From a virus (taxonomy: Duplodnaviria; Caudoviricetes): a stretch of 46,001 bases of DNA. Location of the stretch: IMG/VR virus record IMGVR_UViG_3300012971_000899, positions 1 to 46,001 of that record. One strand, 5' to 3'. The position numbers and the translations under genes were made by a program. This document shows positions 26,001 to 32,539 of the stretch, piece after piece. Position 1 is the stretch's first letter; each line of letters opens with the position of its first letter. The notes beneath the pieces were generated by a model. That model was not told the origin of the DNA. It saw only the letters and a list, made by a program, of their open reading frames with translations, and made no database searches.

Positions 26001-27841
26001 TGCTGCCAGGCGGACAGCAGGCGGGCCAGCAGATCATGACCCGCTTCGGCGGCAACCTGGCCAGGGGCGAGATGCCAGGTCCCGAGGCGACGGCCAAGCT
26101 GGCCCAGGAGATCAAGGCGCGCCTCCACCCCGCGCTGGGCTTCGCGGGCGCGCTGGGGGAGGCGGCACGCGGCGAGCAGCGCAACTTCTCAGGCGAGCCG
26201 ATGGATCGGCCTGACCTGTCCACCCCGTCGGGTGCCCTGGAGTTCGGCGCGCGCGCGCTCAGCCCGCTGGCGCCAGCAGTCAGCACCAACCTGACCCAGA
26301 ACGTGGACCTGTCCCAGCCGTGGCGCACCGAGCCCATCGACCCGCTCGTCGAAGCGCTGGGCTTCACGCGCGTCAATCGCGACACCGAACTGTCGCGCAA
26401 CATCGCCGCGCAGAACCGCATCCTGACCGACTTTCTGCACCTGACCCCCGAAGTGCAGGCGGCCCTGCGCGACAACCGCCAGGCGGACATCAACCTCAAC
26501 GAGCAGCAGCGCGCCGACGCCTTCAAGGAGTTCACCACGCCGAAGTCGCAGACGACGGCGGTGGCGCTGGACAACGCGCTGCACTCGCTGCAGGACGAGC
26601 GCAAGGTGTCCTCGCAGCGTAACCAGATCGAGAAGTTCGTCAACCTGGCTCCCGACTGGGCGCAGGACACGCTGCGGCACATGTTCCAGAACGTCTTCAA
26701 CGTGCAGGGCGGCGACCTGCCCGCCGACCTGAAAGACCCCACGGGCATCGGCCAGCTTGAGCGAGACTACTGGAACCCGCAGGGCGTCAAGCTGACCAAC
26801 CAGGCGGACGTGAACAAGGCCCGCTCGAACATCCTCAAGCAGTGGGCGCTGGAGCACAACGAGGATCCCGACTCGCTGGAAGACCAGATCAAGTGGAACG
26901 CGCAGCACCAGGACCTGACCACGCTCCCGCCGCCCATGACGCCGATTCCCAATCTGACCTCGGGCCAGTTGGGTCAGATCGCCACGGGCTACCTGCAGGC
27001 GGCCGAGGATCCGAACGGCCACTACATCCAGGACATCAACCTGCGCGGCGACCAGATGCGCGCGTACCTGGACGACACGGCCAAACAGTTGACCCAGTCG
27101 TCGGGCACACAGGTCACACCGCAGAGCTTGCTGCAGCGTATCAACGTGCGTCTGAGTAGCTCCAACATGGCGCTGCAGACACCCATCTCGCGTAGCTACG
27201 ACGGCGCGCTGCAGACGTTCTTCGAGTCGCGCGACCCGGAGCAGTTCCCGCGTTACGTGGACGCCAACGGCAACCCGCAGGGCCAGCGCGCTGACTGGGA
27301 CCAGTGGGACAAGGAGATCGCCAACATCGGCGCGGCCCGAGCGCGCTACCTGCCAACCGAGGACAAGCAGGGCTACGCGTACCGCGACCTGTTCGCCGCC
27401 CAGGAGCGCGGCTCGAACGCGCGCGAGAAGTTCCTGATCCACAACCCCAACAACCTGGACTACGAGCGCTTCTTCGGCTTCGGCCGCAGCATGACCAACG
27501 ACGAGTGGCAGCAATACGCGTCCGGTAAGCTGACCGGCTACAAGGACCTGGACCGTTTCTCGTACATGGACCCGCCCGTCAACGAGACGATTCGCCGTGA
27601 CAAGATCCAGGAACTGTACCGGGCCAGCAACGCCGACGAGCGCCTGAACACGCCCGTCAAAATCTGGGTGGCGGGCGACTACATCGACGTGCCGCTGATC
27701 GCGGCGTATCGCATCGCGCGCAGGAACATGATCAACACGGCTGGCCGCAGCCTGCAGAGCCTGGCGGCACACGACGACCCGAACCCCTCGCAACCGCCTC
27801 CTGAGGCGAGTACAGTAGGAGCCGAAGACAATGGCCCGTGA
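20066..27841 (+). CDS. Giant polyvalent virion/ejection protein (2591 aa): M23 peptidase, GH73 glucosaminidase, probable ART-fold domain, LPD38-like C-terminal region
   Basis: M23: YYYAH, THLHIG (about 20570-20900); GH73: AANETGWGKS, NNLFSIQG, AGYASPEES, AGYVADE (about 21060-21440); ART-like GLYFDSN...KKGYKVV...EAVLLDP (about 22370-22860); Gly/Ala-rich hydrophobic helices downstream. LPD38 call is tentative. Confidence 0.85.
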   Translation: MVIDFRSDPLGQRTKGWKVPPHSPRTRLVPGWEPRPEFGAGQEIGTEPMLDPGLVEDTLGVERGTLTQPVPYDWGAARQAAFGPSVPSEPESQPQPPPAPSPSTPDPGVQAHLSGASVAHAPGSVYPSSQTQTLSPSASAPAIRPPAQTPSAPSASSGPSSGAPGGGSVFPVQGYQGAVQNHWGAVKGGSDLFAPRGTPVVAMRGGKVIESGWNAVGGNSVLIQGDDGLQYYYAHGNEKPSVQVGQTVGAGAFLMPVGDTGDAKGTGTHLHIGIGPTIMLGADKYGGTGGDYDAVGMLQAALSGKASPQTGTPQAPSSQPPSTVERIGQGKGAFIQSLAPLADYHSQQSGIPASVYLAIAANETGWGKSQTAQQQNNLFSIQGDRSNGSRWAGYASPEESFSAFDRLVSTAPRYKQAWADRADPSKFINGLRTAGYVADEPGYPAQGWVNQVLSINNDLTQSGAVQAVQSQAAPSTHLADATRLSSPAASLNSRPMPPEVANPVVKYRDNGDGSYTATHQDGTTETVAHPTQIAPIEGGRHPTTVGAKPTSQKGAGQDDDPSYDIPILGGLKRAADAQNNPLNQATNQLDPLKRQYPVLGPGGLGVWDPRIGPPPEEQAKPDFSDVSAADASAGDVLASSTHPEDPSTYGAPGFSRAPRPSDVWTAPRPKGKDAFTPPQGMDDQQIAQLLLDHAQGKIDRVQLTSALGTQDVGSVRDYALSRAALGDRTLLDSMPLSLLHQTRFDMVAPEVAMFRDRARMGQGTLESRSPYRIPETRFANDSGWKPENNPGNGVDDAKGEVHTAGLYFDSNPAVARDRTEGDPTLYTELRVFKPEMLNKDQVLNLRDDPEASQVMEDAHRWATDEWTNRDGWNTGANWGELLQEYLLKKGYKVVYGGGLEHENGEAVLLDPDVDAYTRIIDSGPSKDMIYRARKLPGWDPHMLSGILLGTFVAAGAKAAQDRNQQVVAPGQPQLGTGQDEIDPGTSGGDADYIDPVTGLPRTDIQRNLAGVGDMFTALGTRVRDVVPEQPQSADEAAMENTPIVGGLARGARELGTTLDEQFPAESTRQQPYQPGTPEEEAEKARMIQTISGFSALGPSIKQAQTPEEAQQQIQEQTAQGLRAGAIAGSLAVPGVTEAALGPTVAGSLGGQALTGAAMSAVQQAPDIARAITSGDPEQIKEQAKQVAAGAVLNAAIPGLGKLNEAVDTPVTKAIANSPVGKYLTVPAPVSEFLGEESGGIALGQAARTALTTAKGGAVGAAVAAASAPSLLNPDPTNPDWWGHLKDDWVQGVPAGAVTGATVGLGASAARALADRTITPAATYAFRWIFDPRRNIPNAVAQVAASTRARGILAAHSLANILDAQAEPIFGASGQGFNTAKAAAYVEKQRTLAGFVNDAGESPTQAMIDWVKEQVAREDADQARMAAAKVIGPDQNVVTGPGLPGPKVHIAHVYDQDVAAAQARARGGRGLGWRDNTITHQRNKTIDPNIDPNTPRTIDEALALHAANPTIEPKPLDSLTTRFSLSAFQAERAIANRTFYDTVSTRVAGAPWAVGGPWRMLGNVVGDHHVTPNDWVVPKDEWGFGLGVDNMRFEPNLARYIDNLVNIGKGQMWEPFDWYGRNIGGPLKQLTFLGTPVHASNVFWRTLMQAGPAKTAQIFGGYIVPTIRNGFGELLRGNPALALDAAAHGVVPPRYPAGEGLTEYGSFLGNAARMGLGALGGASAGYTQAKLRNQTDEEARFEAGMAAIPALALGAPGGGKLLAGALRRGEGMSTWSNLADVIHQAVFSEGLPAAKLGLYDIMVRSGVDKSVAADITNSTVGGLNYMEMGRAPWVQDLMRYGLIAPDWTEGIVRTVAGAALPGPTGDALRGSITRPGLIRNLAAYMAFVELMNHFSTGHFMQDNPHGREFQLDATGLMNKLAQKPGWEGVASKDPVTHTDMGSYLEPIPPLSGVMQLISTLAQEGAYTQGQLEYKAGEMGLLPGGQQAGQQIMTRFGGNLARGEMPGPEATAKLAQEIKARLHPALGFAGALGEAARGEQRNFSGEPMDRPDLSTPSGALEFGARALSPLAPAVSTNLTQNVDLSQPWRTEPIDPLVEALGFTRVNRDTELSRNIAAQNRILTDFLHLTPEVQAALRDNRQADINLNEQQRADAFKEFTTPKSQTTAVALDNALHSLQDERKVSSQRNQIEKFVNLAPDWAQDTLRHMFQNVFNVQGGDLPADLKDPTGIGQLERDYWNPQGVKLTNQADVNKARSNILKQWALEHNEDPDSLEDQIKWNAQHQDLTTLPPPMTPIPNLTSGQLGQIATGYLQAAEDPNGHYIQDINLRGDQMRAYLDDTAKQLTQSSGTQVTPQSLLQRINVRLSSSNMALQTPISRSYDGALQTFFESRDPEQFPRYVDANGNPQGQRADWDQWDKEIANIGAARARYLPTEDKQGYAYRDLFAAQERGSNAREKFLIHNPNNLDYERFFGFGRSMTNDEWQQYASGKLTGYKDLDRFSYMDPPVNETIRRDKIQELYRASNADERLNTPVKIWVAGDYIDVPLIAAYRIARRNMINTAGRSLQSLAAHDDPNPSQPPPEASTVGAEDNGP

Positions 27842-28067
27842 CAGCGCGAAAGCATTTCGAGCCCCGGCAGAGAAGTATGTCGGGAAGATCGGCGTGCTGG
27901 AAGGGACGATTCAGCTACAGCAGTGGCATCGTCCGTACCTGAAGAATCAGCACGAGTCGTACCAGGGACAGGGCGTGGACCTCCGTCCGGAACGAGCGGT
28001 CAAGGGCAAGAAGGTGCCCGCTGAGGTCAAGAGCCACGACGCTGACCGCAACAAGGGCGGCGGCTAG
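27831..28067 (+). CDS. Small basic protein (78 aa)
   Basis: AGGAG RBS; overlaps the end of the giant gene. Confidence 0.7.
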   Translation: MARDSAKAFRAPAEKYVGKIGVLEGTIQLQQWHRPYLKNQHESYQGQGVDLRPERAVKGKKVPAEVKSHDADRNKGGG

Positions 28068-28106
28068 ATGTACTACCGAGGCAAACGCGGAGGAAGGAAA
28101 CGCTGA
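28068..28106 (+). CDS. Putative 12-aa basic peptide MYYRGKRGGRKR
   Basis: ATG directly after the upstream TAG; its TGA overlaps the next ATG; could alternatively be only an RBS region. Confidence 0.4.
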   Translation: MYYRGKRGGRKR

Positions 28107-28294
28107 TGGCTCAGAACATCAACTCCAAGCACCAGAAGGTTTCCGGACAGAGCACCGGCACGAACGCCGACTTCAAGAAGGACGGCTACGCGGCGGGTCC
28201 GGTACCCAAGAGCATGATCGGCACCAAGGTCGGTCTCACCAACCATGTGGGATACTCCGGCCCAGATGTCGCGAAAGGCACACACAACGGCTGA
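28106..28294 (+). CDS. Small Gly/Lys-rich protein (62 aa)
   Basis: GGAGGAAGG RBS. Confidence 0.7.
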   Translation: MAQNINSKHQKVSGQSTGTNADFKKDGYAAGPVPKSMIGTKVGLTNHVGYSGPDVAKGTHNG

Positions 28295-28297
28295 GCG

Positions 28298-29182
28298 ATG
28301 ACCACCACCGATCTCGATCCGACTGCATACGCCGAAGAGAACGCTGCCCCGTCGTCCGAGTCCGACGGTAGCCAGCAGGCGGACCAGCAGGAAGAGAACG
28401 AGCGCGAACGAGAACTGCAGCGACGGCTCACTCAGCAGGGCCGCGAGACTGCCGACGCGCGCCGCGCAGCGGCGTACGCGCAGCAGCAATCGCAGGCTCT
28501 GCAAGGCACCGTCACCGAGTTGCAGGCACAGGTCCGCCTCCTCAGCGCGTCCCTCGGCGAGCAGCAGCAGGCCGAACAGACCCGCCGCCAGCGCGAGCTT
28601 GACGCGTACCTCGAAACCCTCCCCCCAGAGCAACGCCTGGAGCGCAAGATTCAGATCCTGGGGCAACAGATCCAGCAGATCCAGCAGATCCAGCAGCGGC
28701 CTGCCGCGACGCCGTCACGACCAGCGCAGCCACCTGCCCCCCAGCCGAACCAGGCCCAGCAGCCCACCGAGCAGGACTCGGTGGAGTACATGCGCCAGCG
28801 CGCCGTCCAGATCGTCGGCGAGGCGCAGCAAGAGTTCGGCGTCAAGGTGGACGTGTCCACCCTGCCTGACGCCGCCTGGGAGACCGAGGACGATTTCTAC
28901 CGCGCGGTGATGCGAGAAGCCGCGCGCCAGAGCCAGGGAGACGGAAGCATGCCACGCAAGCCCCCCGCGAACGAAACCCCTCAGCAGATGCAAACCCGCA
29001 TCCGGCGCGAGATCCAGGACGAGTTGGGTGTTTCGTCCCCCAACACTCCCAGGAGTGCGCCGCGCAACGGCAAGAAGCCGACTGAAGCCGACGTCCGCAC
29101 GTTCGTGGACGGCTATCAGTCCGCCAAGGGCCCGCGAGCGTCGGTGGCCAAGCTGAAGGAGATGCGCGAGCGCATGGGATGA
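28298..29182 (+). CDS. Capsid scaffolding protein (294 aa)
   Basis: Acidic N-terminus, long coiled coil, located just upstream of the major capsid; contains (CAGATCCAG)x3 at 28667-28693. Confidence 0.8.
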   Translation: MTTTDLDPTAYAEENAAPSSESDGSQQADQQEENERERELQRRLTQQGRETADARRAAAYAQQQSQALQGTVTELQAQVRLLSASLGEQQQAEQTRRQRELDAYLETLPPEQRLERKIQILGQQIQQIQQIQQRPAATPSRPAQPPAPQPNQAQQPTEQDSVEYMRQRAVQIVGEAQQEFGVKVDVSTLPDAAWETEDDFYRAVMREAARQSQGDGSMPRKPPANETPQQMQTRIRREIQDELGVSSPNTPRSAPRNGKKPTEADVRTFVDGYQSAKGPRASVAKLKEMRERMG

Positions 29183-29295
29183 CGACGGGCAGCACGGGGA
29201 CGCAGGCCCTCAGCGCTCAGGTGAAGCCTCTTTACGGCGGGCGGAAGAAGCCCAAGAAGCCGAAGCCGCCACAGACTTCATCTAGGAGACGCTAA
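29179..29295 (+). CDS. 38-aa peptide: copy of the capsid N-terminal arm plus Lys/Arg tail
   Basis: MTTGSTGTQALSAQVKPLYGGRKKPKKPKPPQTSSRRR; ATGA overlap with the scaffold stop and TAATG overlap with the capsid start; 10/19 ungapped identities to the capsid N-terminus. Confidence 0.75.
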   Translation: MTTGSTGTQALSAQVKPLYGGRKKPKKPKPPQTSSRRR

Positions 29296-30515
29296 TGCCA
29301 CAAGGCACGACGGGTACGGTCGCCCTGGCCCCCGAGGTCAAGGCGATGTACGACGCAGACTTCTACCTGCAGGGGCAGTCGATGGTCTACTGGGATCAGT
29401 TCGCTGATCTCAAGGGGCCGGTCATGAACGGGCAGCGCGGCATCAGCCAGAACTTCCCGATCATCGAGTCGATGCCGCCCAACTTCACGGTGCTGGACGA
29501 GTTGATCGACGTGGCACCCAACCAGATGCGCGGCTCCGAGGTCGTCGTCACGCTGAGCGAGTTCGGCGGCGCGATTGAGGTGACCAAGTTCCTGGTGGCG
29601 ACGGCCTACGCGGACGTGTACAAGCAGGCCGCGTACGTCAACGGCTACAACCTGGCCGAGTCCATCGACTACATCGCCCGCGCGGTGTTCGGGCAAGGCT
29701 CCCGCGTGTGGCTGCAGAACAACCGCACCGCGCGGTCGGGCTTCGCGGGCCAGACCACGGCCGCCGACGTGATGACCATCCGCTTCCTGGAGTTGATGGC
29801 CATGATCGCGCGGTCGATCAAGATGCCGCTGTACGAGGACGGCGCCATCGCCAGCGAAGTGCACCCGTTCGTGCTGTACGACCTGATGCAGGACCAGACC
29901 AACGGCGGCCTGCGCACCATGTCGCAGTACAGCCACCCCGAGATCCTGTTCAACGGCGAGATCGCGTACTGGGGCGGCAACCGCCTGATCGTGAGCGCGA
30001 ACTCCAAGGGCTTCTGGGGTGCGGGCGCGGCACCAACGTCGGCGGTCGCCACCACGACGACCGCCGCCATCAACCCTGGCGACACCACGATCACCGTCGC
30101 GGCGGCGACCAACATCGCCATCGGCCAGTGGCTGGCCATCGTGGACGCCACCGAGCCTGGCAACGTGTGGACCGATACCAACGAGTTGTTCCGCGTCACG
30201 GGCATCGCGGGTACGACCATCACAGGTTTCGTGCTCGACCCGGGTCCAGGCGACGCGGGCGGCTTCCGCTGGCCCCACGCTTCGGGCGTGGCGGTCAACA
30301 ACAACAACTCGGTCTACCCGTGCCCGATGTTTGGCCCCAACTCGGTGACCAAGGCTGCCTCAAGCTGGACCGGCCCGTACGGGGAAACGGTGGTGACAGG
30401 CCCGTTCGACCGCCTGGGCCGGTTCCTGACCTTTGGCTGGTACCTGATCAGCGGCTACGCCAGGACCCGCAACGCCTGGTTGTTCCGAGGCGAGGTGGGC
30501 TCCAGCCAGTCGTGA
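29295..30515 (+). CDS. Major capsid protein, N4-gp56-like HK97 fold, with inserted beta domain (406 aa)
   Basis: AGGAG RBS; VTLSEFGGAIEVT, VHPFVLYDL, GEIAYWGG, FDRLGRFLTFGWY; follows the scaffold. Confidence 0.88.
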   Translation: MPQGTTGTVALAPEVKAMYDADFYLQGQSMVYWDQFADLKGPVMNGQRGISQNFPIIESMPPNFTVLDELIDVAPNQMRGSEVVVTLSEFGGAIEVTKFLVATAYADVYKQAAYVNGYNLAESIDYIARAVFGQGSRVWLQNNRTARSGFAGQTTAADVMTIRFLELMAMIARSIKMPLYEDGAIASEVHPFVLYDLMQDQTNGGLRTMSQYSHPEILFNGEIAYWGGNRLIVSANSKGFWGAGAAPTSAVATTTTAAINPGDTTITVAAATNIAIGQWLAIVDATEPGNVWTDTNELFRVTGIAGTTITGFVLDPGPGDAGGFRWPHASGVAVNNNNSVYPCPMFGPNSVTKAASSWTGPYGETVVTGPFDRLGRFLTFGWYLISGYARTRNAWLFRGEVGSSQS

Positions 30516-30892
30516 CCGCCATCCACCTCCACGACGACGAGCGGCCACTCGACTACAACCCCGCCAAGACGGGCGAGTTCTACGACACGTGCCCACACGA
30601 CGGGTGCCTGGAAGTCGAGGCCAGCTATCGCAACGAGGGCAACGGAGGTTACGGTCAAGAAACCCGGGGTGGGCGCGAGACGGCACACGAGTGGTCGATC
30701 TTCTCCGCCGACCGCCGCGCAGGCGGCTGTGGGGGCGTGTGGACACGCACGGCTCCCACAGGCGCCGAGCGTGACCGCGCCCTGGGCCGGGAGTCAAAGG
30801 GATTGACCCAGGACGCGGCCACGGGACGAACGTACTCCTTCCCCAGCCAGGCGTACAGCGAACAGTTCGAGAGGATCTTCGGCCACGCATAA
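30512..30892 (+). CDS. Hypothetical protein (126 aa)
   Basis: GTGA overlap with the capsid stop; MTAIHLHDDERP...SQAYSEQFERIFGHA. Confidence 0.65.
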   Translation: MTAIHLHDDERPLDYNPAKTGEFYDTCPHDGCLEVEASYRNEGNGGYGQETRGGRETAHEWSIFSADRRAGGCGGVWTRTAPTGAERDRALGRESKGLTQDAATGRTYSFPSQAYSEQFERIFGHA

Positions 30893-30914
30893 GCAGACCG
30901 CCGAGGGCGCCGTC

Positions 30915-31076
30915 GTGACCCTGGATGAGCACGTGGACCACACCCGCTGGCCGTGCGTACCGCACCGTCAGGACGTGTCCTGCGATGACGCCGTGCGCGC
31001 CTGGCGGGACCCGCGCGACTTCCGTACGCTGAGGCCCCAGGAGTGGAGACGTGATCAGCCAAAAGCCTCTCGCTAG
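30915..31076 (+). CDS. Possible small His/Cys-containing protein (53 aa)
   Basis: GAGGG RBS before GTG 30915; fills the gap. Confidence 0.4.
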   Translation: MTLDEHVDHTRWPCVPHRQDVSCDDAVRAWRDPRDFRTLRPQEWRRDQPKASR

Positions 31077-31440
31077 CGCGATGATGGTGCCCACGCGCCA
31101 GGTGACAATCCCCACTGGCGCGGGCCGCTCCGTGCGGTTCGCGCAGGGCATCGCGACGATCAACGACACCAACGACCTGCCCGTCCTGCTGGGGCGCGAG
31201 GACGTCAAGGTCATGTTCACCGACTACGCGGCGTCGTGGCTCAGCGACATCCTGGCCGCCACGCCAACCGTGCGGGCCGACGTCCATTGGCCCGCTGGGT
31301 ACGCCCCGCCTGCGGCGCCTGAAGAAACTCCGAACCAGCCCGTGCAGGAGCAGGAGCCGCAGGCGGATCCCCCGGAAAATGCGCTCGACCAGGCGCTCAA
31401 GGGTAGGAAGAAGGCGTGGCAAAGACCGCCATCCAACTGA
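31051..31440 (+). CDS. Hypothetical head-associated protein (129 aa)
   Basis: AGGAG RBS; lies between capsid and adaptor. Confidence 0.65.
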   Translation: MISQKPLASAMMVPTRQVTIPTGAGRSVRFAQGIATINDTNDLPVLLGREDVKVMFTDYAASWLSDILAATPTVRADVHWPAGYAPPAAPEETPNQPVQEQEPQADPPENALDQALKGRKKAWQRPPSN

Positions 31441-32372
31441 TTCGCGAGATCGGCGCCCGCCAGGGGGAGGTCGTGGTGTGCACGCCCATGTCGGGCGGCA
31501 ACAACACACTGTTCTGCCCCGACCTGCTGCAGTACTTTCCGCAGCAGATCACGCAGTTCAACGGCTGGGTGTACGGCGCCACCCCCGCCAACGCGCAGAA
31601 CCGAGGTGTGGAGCGGCGCGGTCAGAGTTGGACGACCGACGGCACGCTGACGCTGTACGCGCCAGGCTTCCCCGCGCCGATCACGGGCGGCGAGTACGAG
31701 ATCCACATGCGCTATCCGCGTGCGCGGATCGTCGAAGCGCTGAACGCGGCCATCGGCCAGCTTGGCCTGCACTGGTACCGCGAGTGGCAGGACGAGTCCA
31801 TCACCACCACGTGGAACCGCTGGATCTACCCGCTGCCGTCAGGCCAGAACTGGGCCAACGTGCACCGTGTGGAGATCCAGATCAACCTGTCCGAGACGCA
31901 GATCGGCTACCCGTACGCCGATGCGGAGTACCTGAACTGGCGCCCGCGCCACCAGACCGACATCAACGGTGTGGAGACGTGGTCCATCGAGTTCGGGCTG
32001 CTGCCGCCGCCAGACCGCAAGCTGCGCATCTTCGGCGAGCAGTACTTCACCGACGTGCTCAGCGACACGGACGTCCTGGGGCTGGGCGGCAAGTGGGAGC
32101 GCGCCGCGCTCGACTGGCTGTACGACTACGCCGAGTTCAGGCTGCAGTGGTGGCTGACCAATCGCCAGCCGACCGCCGAGGCGGACAAGCTGCGCCAGCA
32201 GGCTATGGACCGTCTGGAGGCGCAGAAGAACGAGTTGCTGCAGAACGCTCCATCGCACAAGCCCGGGCGCATCGTGACGCCTGGCCATGGCGACGCGATG
32301 GCGTTCCCCAGCCCTGAAGACTGGCGCTATCTCGGGGCGTTCAAGAGCAGCAGCTTCATTCGAGGCGGGTAG
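31416..32372 (+). CDS. Head-tail adaptor / tail tubular protein A-like (318 aa)
   Basis: Position; IVEALNAAIGQL helix followed by a beta-rich middle and a C-terminal helix, typical of adaptors. Confidence 0.65.
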   Translation: MAKTAIQLIREIGARQGEVVVCTPMSGGNNTLFCPDLLQYFPQQITQFNGWVYGATPANAQNRGVERRGQSWTTDGTLTLYAPGFPAPITGGEYEIHMRYPRARIVEALNAAIGQLGLHWYREWQDESITTTWNRWIYPLPSGQNWANVHRVEIQINLSETQIGYPYADAEYLNWRPRHQTDINGVETWSIEFGLLPPPDRKLRIFGEQYFTDVLSDTDVLGLGGKWERAALDWLYDYAEFRLQWWLTNRQPTAEADKLRQQAMDRLEAQKNELLQNAPSHKPGRIVTPGHGDAMAFPSPEDWRYLGAFKSSSFIRGG

Positions 32373-32539
32373 TGACGGAGTCCACGATCAAGCTGGTCGT
32401 GCAAGCCGTCATCGCCGTGGTGCTCATCATCGCCATGACGTGGATCGTGATCAGCCCCACCACTGACGAGGTCGGCAAGGCGGCGCTGGTCGTCGTGGCG
32501 TCCGCTATCGGGTTTCTGTTCGGGAAGAACACCCAGTGA
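32372..32539 (+). CDS. Two-TM holin-like protein (55 aa)
   Basis: LVVQAVIAVVLIIAMTWIVI and AALVVVASAIGFLFG; overlaps both neighbours; absent from the ORF track. Confidence 0.75.
   Translation: MTESTIKLVVQAVIAVVLIIAMTWIVISPTTDEVGKAALVVVASAIGFLFGKNTQ

Noticed and set aside
20066-27841. Tape measure protein or virion RNA polymerase
   Set aside because: No tail tube or tail assembly chaperone genes nearby, and no polymerase catalytic motifs recognised
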